In this document: one piece after another, positions 7,810 to 17,671 of the stretch
Layout of the letters: every line of letters begins with the position of its first letter
Numbering within the stretch: the stretch's first letter is position 1
From: Myxococcota bacterium
Lineage (GTDB): Bacteria > Myxococcota_A > Bradymonadia > UBA7976 > UBA1532
Assembly (NCBI GenBank): GCA_963169045.1
Contig: CAUJDF010000075.1
Coordinates: 98,434 to 162,433, forward strand
Direction: 5' to 3'
Length of the DNA stretch: 64,000 nt
Made by a program: the position numbers and the translations under genes
The notes under the pieces: model-generated
Told to the model about the DNA's origin: nothing
Seen by the model: only the letters and a program-made list of their open reading frames with translations
Databases searched by the model: none

Positions 7810-10800
7810 GTGATGAAGATCGCCTCGAACCGAGAAGACGCCGTCGGGTCCGGCCCGTCGGCAGGCGGGCGCATCATCGACGGCCGGTACGAGCTGGTCC
7901 GGCGCCTCGGCGCCGGCGCCGGCGGCAGCGTGTATGCCGCCCGCGACCTGCTGGCCGGGGTCGATGTCGCGCTCAAGCTCGTCCCCCACTCGGCCGGCGA
8001 TCCGGGCGAGGAGTTCCTGCTCGCCCGGACGCTGGTCCACCCCAACGTCGTCCGCGTGTTCGACGCGGGCCGCGCCGGCCAAGGCGAGAGCTGGTTCACG
8101 ATGGAGCTGCTGGCGGACGCCGACCTGCTCGACGTCCGCGCGCGCCATGGCGTCGAGGGCGTCCTGCGGGCGGCGATGGGCTGCGCGCTGGCGCTCGACT
8201 ACGTGCACGGCCGCGGCTTCATCCACGGGGACATCAAGCCGGCCAACGTGTTGACCGTCGCCGGCCCCGCGGGCGTGGACGCCCGGGTCATCGACTTCGG
8301 CCTCGCCACCGGCGACGGGCTGCGCGGCACGCCCGCCTACATGGCGCCGGAGCTGACGCGGGGCGGGCGCCCCGACGCGGCGGCGGACCTGTACGCGCTC
8401 GGCGTGACGCTGTACGAGGCGCTCACGGGGCAGAACCCGTTCCGGGCGGCGACCGTCTCCGAGACGCTCGACCGGCAACGGGCGCTCGTCCCGCCGGCGC
8501 TCGAGGACGTGCCGCCGCTGGTGGCGGCAGTGGTCGCGCGCCTGCTGCAGAAGAACGCGGACGCGCGTTATCGCGACGCGCGGGCGCTGCTCCATGCGCT
8601 GACCGACGCCGCGCCGCCGGCGGCCGCGTCGCTCGCCTCGGGCGGTACGCCGATGCCGCCGGGCTGCGGCCCGTTCTTCGGACGCGACACGGAGCTCGCG
8701 GCGCTCGTGAAGCGGCTGCCCCCGGCGGGCGGGGGGCTCGTGGCCCTCGGCGGCGGGCCGGGATCGGGCAAGACGCGGCTCCTCGACGAGCTGGCCGCGC
8801 GGGCGCGCCTGCGCGGCCTGCGCGTGCTGCGGGTGGACGGCGCCGAGCCGGCGCCGCTCGCGACGCTCGCGCGGGCGCTTTACCTCTCGGAGGGCGGGCG
8901 GCCGCGCGCCGCCGACGAGACGCCGGCGGCGAGGGTGGCCCAGGTGCCCACGCTGCTGCTCATCGACGGCCCCGAGCGCGCGGACGCGACGGCGCGGGCC
9001 TTCCTCGAGCAGCTGGTGGCGAAGACCCGCAAGGCCGAGCACGTGCTGGTCGTCGTCGCCTCGCGCGCCGTGCAGACGGCGCTGGGGCCGCTGAAGCTCG
9101 AGGCGTTCCGTTCGCTCCTGGCGGCGACGCTCGGCGCGCCGGACCCGGAGGGCCGCCTCGCCGGCCTGCTGCACCGCGCTGCGGACGGCCGGCCGGGGCG
9201 CCTCGAGGCGATCCTCGCGGCGCAGGTCGCGGCGGGCACCATCGCGTGGCGCGAAGGGCGCTGGACGGTCGATCCGCGCCTCCTGCGCGCCGAGCCGGCG
9301 GAGCTGGCGCAAGCGGCGACGGCGGCGAGCGGGGCGGAGGGCGCAGCGCGGCTGTCGGCGCGCGAGCGCGCGCTGCTCGAGCCGGCGGCGGTGCTCGGCG
9401 ACGGCTTCGCGGCGGCGGAGCTCGCGGCGTTCTTCGCGCAGGACGAGGCGGCGGTCGGCGCGGCGCTCGCGGCCTGCGCGGCGCTCCAGCGCGAGGACGA
9501 GCGGTGGCGCTTCGCCGAGCCGGGGCTGCGCGAGGCGGTGTACGCGGCGCTGGCGGCGGAGCGGCGTGGGGCGCTGCACGCCCGGGCGGCCGAGATCGTC
9601 GCGCGTCACCGGCCCGTGGACCACGAGGCGCGGGCGCGGCACCTCGAGGGCTGCGGCCGCACCGAAGCGGCGCTCGAGGCGCTCGAGCAGGCGGCGGCGG
9701 GCGCGGCGGCGGGCGGGCGTCCGGACCGGGCGGCGCGCCTCTTCCGTCAGGGCGCGTCGTTGGCGACGGCGCCGGCCTCGTGGCACGAGCGCGCCGGCGA
9801 CGCGGCGATGGTGGCCGGCGCCTTCGACGCCGCCCGCGAGGACTACGGGAGAGCGGGGCGCGCGCCCCGTGTCCGGCGCAAGCTCGGCTGGGCCTTCACC
9901 GAGGAGGGCCGCTTCGCCGACGGCCTGCCGATCGTGTCCGAGGCGCTGGCCGCCGCGCTCGACGCCGGCGAGACGGAGGAAGTCCTCGCGTGCCGCTTCG
10001 CGACGGGCTGGACGGCGATGATGTCCGGCGACTATGCGCGCGCCGCCGAGGAGGCCCGCCTGGGGCTCGAGGCGGCGGCGGACCGGGATCTGCCATTCGT
10101 GGCGCGGCTCTGGCGCCTCGAGGGGACGATCGCCTGGCACAAGGGCGACGCCGAGCGGGCCATCCGGGCCTTCGAGCGCGGCATCGACGTGGCGGGCCGC
10201 ACGGGCGACGCGGCGGCCAGCGCCGACTGCCAGATGGGTCTCGGCACGGCGCTGCGCATCCGCGGCGATCTCGACGGGGCGGTGCGCGCCTACGAGGCGG
10301 CGTCCCGCGACAACGAGCGGCTCGCGCGGCTGGTGCAGGTCGCCAAGTGTCAGAACGGCCTGGGCATCGTGCACTACATCGCCGGCCGCTGGGACGACGC
10401 CGCCGCCGCGTGGGAGCGGTTCCGCGATACGTGCGTGCGCACCGGGGACCGCTCGGACCTGGTGATGGGCCACAACAACCTCGGCTTCCTCTTCAAGGAC
10501 CGGGGCGAGCTCGAGCGGGCGGAGATCGAGCTCGAGCGCGGCCGCGCGGTGGCCGAGGCGGCGGGCTTCACGCGCGGCCTCGCCATGGTGACCGGCAACC
10601 TGGGCGAGGTGCTGACGCGGCGCGGCCGCCCCGCGGACGCCCGCAAGCGCCTCGAGGAGGCCTGCCGGCTCGCGGCGCAGATCGACAGCCAGGACGAGCT
10701 GCTCGAGAACCGACGGCGCCTCGTGGCCCTCGCCGTGGTCGAGGGCGACGCGGAGCGCGCGCTGCGCGAGGCGGACGAGGTGCTGGCCCTGGCGCGCGAG

Positions 10801-12351
10801 CAGAACAACAAGGGCGAGGAGGGGCATCTGCTCCAGGCGCGCGGCGACGCCCTGCTGGCGCTCGGGCGGCCCGACGAGGCGGCGCGGGCGCTGGCCGAGG
10901 CCCGGGCGCTGCTCGGCGCCCACGGCGGCGCGCTCGACGCCGCGCGGGCCTCGCTGCGGCTCGCCGACGCCGAGCTGCGGCGCGATCCCGACGGCCCGGC
11001 GCGCCTCGTGGCCGACGCGCGGGCCGCCGGCGTGAAGTTCGGCGCCGCCGACGTGCTGCGCGACGCCGATCGTCTCGCCGAGGCGCTGCGGGCGCGCCAG
11101 CAGTCCACCCAGGGCGCGCTCGACACGGTGCTCGCCGTGGCGCGCGACCTGTGCCAGGAGCTGCACCTCGACCGGCTGCTGTCGCTCATCGCCGAGCGCG
11201 CGCTCGACGTCACCGGCGCCGACCGCGGTCTCGTGATCCTGTACGAGTCGAACGGCGAGGTGCGCCTCGGCGGCGCGCGCTGGCGCGACGGCGAGGACCG
11301 CGACGGCCTGGCGCTGCGCATCAGCCGCACCATCGCCGACCGGGTGCACCGCGAGGGGCGCGCCGTCGTCGTCACCGACGTCGAGAGCGAGTCGGACCTG
11401 CGCCAGCAGGCGAGCATCCTGGCGATGCAGCTGCGCACCATCGTGTGCGTGCCGCTCGCCGTGCGCGACCAGTCGCTCGGCCTGCTCTATATCGACAGCC
11501 GTCGGCCGCAGCAGCGCTTCGACGGGCCCGAGCTGGCCATCCTCGAGGCGCTGGCGGCGCAGGCGGCGGTCGCGGTGCAGAACGCGCGCCTCTTCGAGGC
11601 GGAGCGCCGCCGACGCGACCTCGTGGCGATGATGGCCAACGACTTCCGGACGCCGCTGAACGCGCTGAAGCAGGCGGTCGACATGGTGGTGCACACCGCG
11701 GTCGACTTGGACTTCGACCTGCGCCGGCTGCTCGGCACCGTCGCGGAGCAGATCGGCCGGCTCGACCGCCTGAGCAAGGACGTGGTGGACCTCGAGCACC
11801 TCGACGACGGCGACGTCCCCATCGAGCCGGAGGACATGGACGTCGGGCAGTTCCTGATGCTCGCGACGTTCTATGTGGACGCCATGGCGCGCGAGGCCGG
11901 CGTGGAACTGGTGGTCGACGAGATCGCGGGCGTGCCCGAGGTGCGCGCCGACGGCGATCGCGTGAGCCAGATCCTGTCGAACCTCGTCGGCACGGCGCTC
12001 CGCTTCGTCCCCGCCGGTGGGCGCGTCCGCCTGACCGCGGACCTGCTGGACTTCGGCGGCGCCGGGGCGCCGTCGGCCCAGGACGGCCTCGGGTGGTCGC
12101 TGCGCCCCGCGCTCGACGGCCCCTGCGCACGGATCTCCGTCATCGCCGAAGGGGCGAACGTGTCCGCCGAGCAGGCCGCGCGTCTGCTCGCGAGCCGCCG
12201 CGTCAGCGACGACGCCGGCAACGACACGCTGGGCCTCGCCATCGCCCGCGAGCTCGTGCAGCGCCAGGGCGGCGAGGTATGGGCCAGCGATGGCCGCGGG
12301 CTCGGCACCGCCTTCCACTTCACCCTCCCGCTCGCCCGCGGTGCGGCCTGA
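7810..12351 (+). CDS. Multidomain signalling protein: Ser/Thr protein kinase - P-loop STAND/AAA ATPase - TPR array - GAF - histidine kinase (HisKA+HATPase)
   Basis: 1513-aa ORF. It contains the Hanks-type kinase motifs (GAGAGGSVY...ALK, HGDIKPANV, APE), the Walker A GGGPGSGKT, long TPR-like repeats, a GAF domain (...VILYESNGEV...LGLLYIDSRR) and a phospho-acceptor plus ATPase module (MMANDFRTPLNAL...LSNLVGTALRF). The alternative ATG is at 7813. Confidence 0.85.
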   Translation: MMKIASNREDAVGSGPSAGGRIIDGRYELVRRLGAGAGGSVYAARDLLAGVDVALKLVPHSAGDPGEEFLLARTLVHPNVVRVFDAGRAGQGESWFTMELLADADLLDVRARHGVEGVLRAAMGCALALDYVHGRGFIHGDIKPANVLTVAGPAGVDARVIDFGLATGDGLRGTPAYMAPELTRGGRPDAAADLYALGVTLYEALTGQNPFRAATVSETLDRQRALVPPALEDVPPLVAAVVARLLQKNADARYRDARALLHALTDAAPPAAASLASGGTPMPPGCGPFFGRDTELAALVKRLPPAGGGLVALGGGPGSGKTRLLDELAARARLRGLRVLRVDGAEPAPLATLARALYLSEGGRPRAADETPAARVAQVPTLLLIDGPERADATARAFLEQLVAKTRKAEHVLVVVASRAVQTALGPLKLEAFRSLLAATLGAPDPEGRLAGLLHRAADGRPGRLEAILAAQVAAGTIAWREGRWTVDPRLLRAEPAELAQAATAASGAEGAARLSARERALLEPAAVLGDGFAAAELAAFFAQDEAAVGAALAACAALQREDERWRFAEPGLREAVYAALAAERRGALHARAAEIVARHRPVDHEARARHLEGCGRTEAALEALEQAAAGAAAGGRPDRAARLFRQGASLATAPASWHERAGDAAMVAGAFDAAREDYGRAGRAPRVRRKLGWAFTEEGRFADGLPIVSEALAAALDAGETEEVLACRFATGWTAMMSGDYARAAEEARLGLEAAADRDLPFVARLWRLEGTIAWHKGDAERAIRAFERGIDVAGRTGDAAASADCQMGLGTALRIRGDLDGAVRAYEAASRDNERLARLVQVAKCQNGLGIVHYIAGRWDDAAAAWERFRDTCVRTGDRSDLVMGHNNLGFLFKDRGELERAEIELERGRAVAEAAGFTRGLAMVTGNLGEVLTRRGRPADARKRLEEACRLAAQIDSQDELLENRRRLVALAVVEGDAERALREADEVLALAREQNNKGEEGHLLQARGDALLALGRPDEAARALAEARALLGAHGGALDAARASLRLADAELRRDPDGPARLVADARAAGVKFGAADVLRDADRLAEALRARQQSTQGALDTVLAVARDLCQELHLDRLLSLIAERALDVTGADRGLVILYESNGEVRLGGARWRDGEDRDGLALRISRTIADRVHREGRAVVVTDVESESDLRQQASILAMQLRTIVCVPLAVRDQSLGLLYIDSRRPQQRFDGPELAILEALAAQAAVAVQNARLFEAERRRRDLVAMMANDFRTPLNALKQAVDMVVHTAVDLDFDLRRLLGTVAEQIGRLDRLSKDVVDLEHLDDGDVPIEPEDMDVGQFLMLATFYVDAMAREAGVELVVDEIAGVPEVRADGDRVSQILSNLVGTALRFVPAGGRVRLTADLLDFGGAGAPSAQDGLGWSLRPALDGPCARISVIAEGANVSAEQAARLLASRRVSDDAGNDTLGLAIARELVQRQGGEVWASDGRGLGTAFHFTLPLARGAA

Positions 12352-12457
12352 CCCACCGGGTCGCGCCGCCGGGTCATTCTTCTCCCGCTTCGTTTCTTTC
12401 TCTTCGACGCGCCGATTTTCGAGAGTGTGGGGCCACCGCCCCCGAGGAGTCGGTGCG

Positions 12458-15022
12458 ATGCAGACGACGAAGAATCGCAAGGTGATGCGGCGGGTGGCGG
12501 TCGCCCTCGTGGCGGGCGCCGGCGCCGTCGGCGGGGCGGCGCTGCTCGACCGCGCCGACGAGGCGCTCGGCCTGAGCGCCGCGACGCCGGCGACCAGCGC
12601 GGCGGGGGAGATCGCGCGGCAACGGTCGCTGACCCCGCTGCCGGCCGTGCGGCAGGCGCCGTCCGCGCCCCAGGCGACGCGGCTGCCGGCGGCGGGCGAG
12701 GACCTCGCCCCCGGCGCGCCCGAGCCCGAGATGCTCGACCTGGGCGGCGGTCGTGTCCTCGAGGTGGCGCGCGGCGAGGTGCTGCTGCGGTTCGCCCCGG
12801 CGACGCCGGACGAGGCGGTTGCCGAGGTGGCGGCGCGGCACGGCCTCGACGTGGTCCAGCGCGGGCGCGGGACGTTCCGGGCGCGGGCGCGCGGCGAGCT
12901 GCGCGCGGCGCTCGCGGCGCTCGCCGCCGACCCGGCCGTCGCCTCGGCCACGCCCAACGCCATCGCCCGCGGCGCGGGCCGCGGCTCGGGCCGGGGCGCC
13001 GACGTCTGGCGCAGTCTCGAGTGGGAGACCGCCGGTCGCTCGCCGGGCACGCGCTGGTGGAACGGCGCGCGGGGCCACGCCCGGCGCCAGCCCCTCGTCG
13101 CGCTGCTCGACTCCGGCGTCGCCTACGAGGACCACCGGGACGCCGGCGGCCGCTACGCGCTCGCGCCCGACCTCGAGTGCACGCCCTTCGCGGCCGGCCA
13201 CGACTTCGTCAACGCCGACGCGCACCCCAACGACGACCACCAGCACGGCACCCACCTGGCCACGCTGCTCGCCGCGGAGCCGGACTGCGGCAGCCCGCTG
13301 TCGGGCTACGCGCCGGGGGTGACCCTCCTGCCGGTGAAGGTGCTCGACGCGGACCTCGCGGGCACCGAGATGATGCTCGTCGAAGGCCTGCACTTCGCGA
13401 TCGACCGCGGTGCCGACGTCATCAACATGAGCCTGGCGTTCGGCGACGGGTACTTCCCGAGCCCGGCGCTCTCCGAGGCCCTGCTGCGCGCCGCCGAGGA
13501 GGGGGCGGTGCTCGTGGCCGCCGCGGGCAACGACGGATCGGCCAGCGTGGCGTACCCCGCCGCCGCCCGCGACGTGATCGCCGTCGGCGCGTTCCGCCTC
13601 GGCGACCGCCCGGGGCGCGAGGAGATCGTCGCCGACTACTCCCAGCGCGGCCCCGGCCTCGACGTGCTCGGCCCCGGCGGCGACGTCGACCGCGACGAGA
13701 ACGACGACGGCCGGCCCGACGGGCTCGTGGCGCAGTCGTTCGCGCCCGGCAACCCCACCGAGTTCGGCTACTGGGCCGGCGCCGGCACGTCCCAGGCCGC
13801 GGTGGCCGTCTCGGGCCTCGCCGCGCGCGCCATCGCTCGCGGCGTCCCGGCCGCCGAGGTCCGGGCGCTGCTCGTGCGGCACACGGACCGCGCGGCGTTC
13901 ACCGAGGCCGCCGGCCGCGGCGCCGTGCGGCCGGACGAGGCGGAGCGCGCCGCCGACCGCGGCCGCAGCCAGGCGCTCCCCGAGGCCTTCGTCAACCTCG
14001 TCGGCGCGCTCGAGAAGGCGGGCGACGATGTGCGCGCCCGCGTCGCGCTGCAGGTCGCCGGCGACGACCTCGCGCCGCTCGCCGGCGTCGCGGTGCACGG
14101 CCACTGGATCGGCGCCGCGTCGGGCAGCGCCGTCTGCGTCACCGACGGCGAGGGGGCGTGCCACGTCGTGTCGTCGCCCATCGACGTCACCGGTGCCGGC
14201 GTGCTCGCCGGCTTCCACGCCGACCGCGTGGTCATCGCCACCCGCGACGGCGACCTGCCGGTGGCGCCGCTCGGCTTCTTCCGCATGGGCGAGGCCCAGG
14301 CGGAGGCCATCGGCGAGGCCTTCAACGGGCAGGGGACGCTCGCGTTCGCCGTCGACCCGGGCGACGCCGCCCAGCGCGCGCTCTTCGGCAGCGAGGACCT
14401 CGTGCCGAGCGCGATGATTCGGGATCTCGGCCCGGCCACGGCGGTGACGCCCTTCGTGCTCGTGCTGGACCCGCCGTTCGGCGCCCGCTTCGGCCTCGCG
14501 CACCCGGTGGACGTCGAGGGCAGCGGGCTCGGCGCGAGCTCCTTCGATTACGGCTGGTACCGCCAGTGGCGCATGAATCCGACGTTCGGCGGCAGCGGGC
14601 TCGGCGCCAGCTCGCTGACGTGGAACTGGTACGGCATGTGGGGCTGGAACTTCGGCGGCAGCGGGCTCGGCGCGAGCTCGCTGAACCTGGGCTGGTTCCA
14701 GCAGTGGTCGTCGTTGTTCGGCGGGTTCTCCGGCAGCGGGCTCGGCGCCAGCTCGCTGGCGTTCCCGTTCGGCGGCTGGATGTTCCGCGCCGGCTTCGGC
14801 GGGGCGGGCCTCGGCGCCAGCTCCATCGTCGTCAACGACTACCACCGGCTGTTCTCGCCCGGCGCCGGCTTCAACTGGTCGGCTTGGGGCAGCGGCCTCG
14901 GCGCCAGCTCGCTGAACGGCTCCTTCGGCATGCTGACGATGAGCCCGTCGTTCCGCGGCCTCGGCGAAGGCATGAGCCCGCTGCGCGGCGCCTCCATCGG
15001 TCTGCGATTCCTCGGCCGCTGA
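12458..15022 (+). CDS. Subtilisin-like serine peptidase (S8) with signal peptide and a C-terminal Trp/Gly-rich GSGLGASS repeat region
   Basis: ATG at 12458 with a GAGGAG RBS. Catalytic triad motifs are present: VALLDSGV (Asp), HGTHLATLLAA (His) and GTSQAAVAVSGLAA (Ser). The last ~170 aa are novel repeats. Confidence 0.85.
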   Translation: MQTTKNRKVMRRVAVALVAGAGAVGGAALLDRADEALGLSAATPATSAAGEIARQRSLTPLPAVRQAPSAPQATRLPAAGEDLAPGAPEPEMLDLGGGRVLEVARGEVLLRFAPATPDEAVAEVAARHGLDVVQRGRGTFRARARGELRAALAALAADPAVASATPNAIARGAGRGSGRGADVWRSLEWETAGRSPGTRWWNGARGHARRQPLVALLDSGVAYEDHRDAGGRYALAPDLECTPFAAGHDFVNADAHPNDDHQHGTHLATLLAAEPDCGSPLSGYAPGVTLLPVKVLDADLAGTEMMLVEGLHFAIDRGADVINMSLAFGDGYFPSPALSEALLRAAEEGAVLVAAAGNDGSASVAYPAAARDVIAVGAFRLGDRPGREEIVADYSQRGPGLDVLGPGGDVDRDENDDGRPDGLVAQSFAPGNPTEFGYWAGAGTSQAAVAVSGLAARAIARGVPAAEVRALLVRHTDRAAFTEAAGRGAVRPDEAERAADRGRSQALPEAFVNLVGALEKAGDDVRARVALQVAGDDLAPLAGVAVHGHWIGAASGSAVCVTDGEGACHVVSSPIDVTGAGVLAGFHADRVVIATRDGDLPVAPLGFFRMGEAQAEAIGEAFNGQGTLAFAVDPGDAAQRALFGSEDLVPSAMIRDLGPATAVTPFVLVLDPPFGARFGLAHPVDVEGSGLGASSFDYGWYRQWRMNPTFGGSGLGASSLTWNWYGMWGWNFGGSGLGASSLNLGWFQQWSSLFGGFSGSGLGASSLAFPFGGWMFRAGFGGAGLGASSIVVNDYHRLFSPGAGFNWSAWGSGLGASSLNGSFGMLTMSPSFRGLGEGMSPLRGASIGLRFLGR
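14518..15019 (+). repeat. Seven tandem GSGLGASS units, spaced by Trp/Phe/Gly-rich segments at a ~22-aa period, with matching DNA-level direct repeats
   Basis: The protein reads ...GSGLGASSFDYGWYRQWRMNPTFGGSGLGASSLTWNWYGMWGWNFGGSGLGASSLNLGWFQQW...GSGLGASSLNGSF. The DNA unit ggcagcgggctcggcgc(c/g)agctcgctg recurs. Confidence 0.8.
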
Positions 15023-15079
15023 CCGCGGGGTTGCGGCATCGGACTCCATCGGGCAGCTTGCCGCCCGAGAGAGGTCCCG

Positions 15080-17671
15080 ATGTCGCACCCCACCGTCGTC
15101 CTCAAGTTCGGCGGCACCAGCGTCGCCTCCGTCGAGCGCTGGCGCACCATCGCCCACTGCATCGTCGACCGCCTCGGCGAGGGCCTGCGCCCCGTCGTCG
15201 TCTGCTCGGCGGTCGCCGGCATCTCCGACCAGCTCGTGAAGGTCGCCGACCTCGCCCCCGAGGGACGGCACGAGGCCGTCGTCCAGGCCATCGCCGAGCG
15301 GCACCGGGCGCTCGCCGCCGAGATGGGCGTCGATCCGGCGCCGCTCGAGCAGGCCCTCGCCGAGCTCTCGCGCCTCGCGCTCGGCGCCTCGCTGACCGGC
15401 GAGGTGAGCCCGCGCCTGCGCGCCCGCCTCATGGCGTGGGGCGAGCTGACCTCGACCCGCCTCGGCGCCGCCTGGATGGCCGCGCAGGGCATCGACGTGA
15501 CGTGGCTCGACGCCCGCGACCTGCTCACGTCCGCCGATCCGCCAGGCACACCCGCGGCGCGCCGCTACCTCTCGGCGACGTGCGCGCACGACGCCGACGC
15601 GGGCCTGCGCGCGCGCGTCGGCGCGCTGTCCGGCGCCGTCCTCACGCAAGGCTTCATCGCCCGCGACCGGGCCGGCGACATGGTGGTGCTCGGCCGCGGC
15701 GGCTCCGACACCTCCGCCTCGATCCTCGCCGCCCGCCTCGGGGCCGTCCGCTGCGAAATCTGGACGGACGTGCCGGGCATGTTCACCGCCAACCCGCGCC
15801 AGGTCCCCGCCGCGCGCCTCATCCGCGCCGTCGACTATGACGAGGCGCAGGAGATCGCGTCGACCGGCGCCAAGGTCCTGCACCCGCGCTGCCTGCCGCC
15901 GGTGCGCGACGCCCACGTGCCGCTCTTCGTGAAGTGCACCGAGCAGCCGGACCTGCCCGGCACGGTCGTCGCCGACGCCGACGTGGACCGCCCCGCCGGG
16001 GTGAAGGCGATCAGCATGCGCTCCGGCCTCGTGCTCGTCTCCATGGAGACGCTGGGCATGTGGGGCCAGGCCGGCTTCCTCGCCGACGCCTTCGCCTGCT
16101 TCAAGGCGCATGGCGTCAGCATCGACCTCGTCAGCACCTCGGAGAGCAACGTCACCGTCTCGCTCGACCCGGCGACGCAGGTGCTCGACGCCGCCACCCT
16201 CGACCGGCTCGTCGCGGACCTCGCAGCCATCTGCCAGCCGCGCCTCATCCGCGACTGCGCGAGCGTCAGCCTCGTCGGCCGGCACATCCGCCGCATCCTG
16301 CACCGCCTCGCCCCGGCGCTCGAAGCCTTCGAGGAGCAGCGCATCCATCTGTTGACGCAGGCGGCGAGCGATCTGAACCTGACCTTCGTCGTCGACGGCG
16401 ACCAGGCGGACCGCGTCGTCCGCGACCTGCACGCCCATCTGTTCGGCGCCGATGCCATGGCCGTCGATGCCTTGGGACCCACGTGGACGGAGCTCTCCGG
16501 CAAGGGCGCGCCGGCGCGGCCGGTGGGGGAGGGCCGCTGGTGGCGCCACCGCCGCGACGACCTGACGGCGATCGCCGCGCAGGGCACCCCCCGTTATGTG
16601 TACGACGGCGCCACGCTCTGCCGGGGCGTCGCGGGCCTGCGCGCGCTGACATCGGTCTCGCGCGTCCTGTATGCCGTGAAGGCCAACGCCAACGCCGATG
16701 TGTTGCGCCGTCTGTTCGACGCCGGCGTCGGCGGCTTCGAGTGCGTGTCGCCGGGCGAGCTCGCGCACGTCGCCGGTCTGTTCCCGGACCTGCAGGGCCG
16801 CACGGTGCTGTTCACGCCCAACTTCGCGCCGCGCGCCGAGTACGAGCGGGCGTTCGCCGCCGGCGCGACGGTGACGCTCGACAACCTGCACCCGCTCGAG
16901 GCCTGGCCCGACGTCTTCCGCTTCCGCGAGGTGTTCGTGCGCCTCGATCCGGGGCGGGGGATGGGCCACCACCACCACGTGCGCACCGCGGGCACGGCCT
17001 CCAAGTTCGGCATCGCCCCGGACCAGCTCGGCGCGCTCGCCCGCCTCGTCGCGCGCGCCGGCGCCCGCGTCGTCGGCCTGCACGCCCACGTCGGCAGCGG
17101 CGTGCGCGAGCCCGAGGCGTGGGCCCGCACCGGCGCCTTCCTCGCCGACGTGGCGACGAACGGCGGCTTCGCGGCGCACGTCCGCGTCCTCGACCTCGGC
17201 GGCGGCCTCGGCGTGCCCGAGAAGCCCGGCGAGCCGACGCTGGACCTCGCCGCGCTCGACCGCGCGCTCGCCCGCCTGCGCGGCGCGCACCCGCACCTCG
17301 AGCTGTGGCTCGAGCCCGGGCGCTACCTCGTCGCCGAGGCCGGCGTCCTGCTCGCCCGCGTCACGCAGCTCAAGCAGAAGGGCGACGTGACGTACGTGGG
17401 CGTCGACGCCGGCATGAACAGCCTCATCCGCCCGGCGCTCTACGGCGCGTGGCACGAGATCGTGAACCTCACGCGCCTCGACGAGGAGCGCACCGCCACC
17501 GTCCACGTGGTCGGCCCCATCTGCGAGAGCGGCGACACGCTCGGGCATGATCGCCGCCTGCCGCCGAGCCGCGAGGGCGACGTGATCCTCGTCGGCGTGA
17601 CCGGCGCGTACGGCGCCGCGATGGCGTCGCGCTACAACCTGCGCGAGCCGGCGGCCGAGGTCGTCATCTGA
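15080..17671 (+). CDS. lysAC: Bifunctional aspartate kinase / diaminopimelate decarboxylase (LysC-LysA fusion)
   Basis: ATG at 15080 with a GAGAGAGG RBS. The N-terminus has an amino-acid kinase fold (VVLKFGGTSV...) plus ACT-like regions. The C-terminus has a PLP-dependent Orn/DAP decarboxylase fold (YAVKANANADVLRRL...GFECVSPGEL...). Confidence 0.85.
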   Translation: MSHPTVVLKFGGTSVASVERWRTIAHCIVDRLGEGLRPVVVCSAVAGISDQLVKVADLAPEGRHEAVVQAIAERHRALAAEMGVDPAPLEQALAELSRLALGASLTGEVSPRLRARLMAWGELTSTRLGAAWMAAQGIDVTWLDARDLLTSADPPGTPAARRYLSATCAHDADAGLRARVGALSGAVLTQGFIARDRAGDMVVLGRGGSDTSASILAARLGAVRCEIWTDVPGMFTANPRQVPAARLIRAVDYDEAQEIASTGAKVLHPRCLPPVRDAHVPLFVKCTEQPDLPGTVVADADVDRPAGVKAISMRSGLVLVSMETLGMWGQAGFLADAFACFKAHGVSIDLVSTSESNVTVSLDPATQVLDAATLDRLVADLAAICQPRLIRDCASVSLVGRHIRRILHRLAPALEAFEEQRIHLLTQAASDLNLTFVVDGDQADRVVRDLHAHLFGADAMAVDALGPTWTELSGKGAPARPVGEGRWWRHRRDDLTAIAAQGTPRYVYDGATLCRGVAGLRALTSVSRVLYAVKANANADVLRRLFDAGVGGFECVSPGELAHVAGLFPDLQGRTVLFTPNFAPRAEYERAFAAGATVTLDNLHPLEAWPDVFRFREVFVRLDPGRGMGHHHHVRTAGTASKFGIAPDQLGALARLVARAGARVVGLHAHVGSGVREPEAWARTGAFLADVATNGGFAAHVRVLDLGGGLGVPEKPGEPTLDLAALDRALARLRGAHPHLELWLEPGRYLVAEAGVLLARVTQLKQKGDVTYVGVDAGMNSLIRPALYGAWHEIVNLTRLDEERTATVHVVGPICESGDTLGHDRRLPPSREGDVILVGVTGAYGAAMASRYNLREPAAEVVI

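Noticed and set aside
7527-13050. 1652-aa + strand ORF and 1757-aa - strand ORF overlapping the kinase gene
   Set aside because: They are out of frame with, or antisense to, the 7810..12351 gene, which has coherent domains. They are extreme Arg/Pro/Gly low-complexity. Called as high-GC stop-codon-poor artefacts.
12374-17548. 1724-aa - strand ORF antisense to the S8 peptidase and lysAC genes
   Set aside because: Antisense to two genes with canonical catalytic motifs. No recognisable domain.
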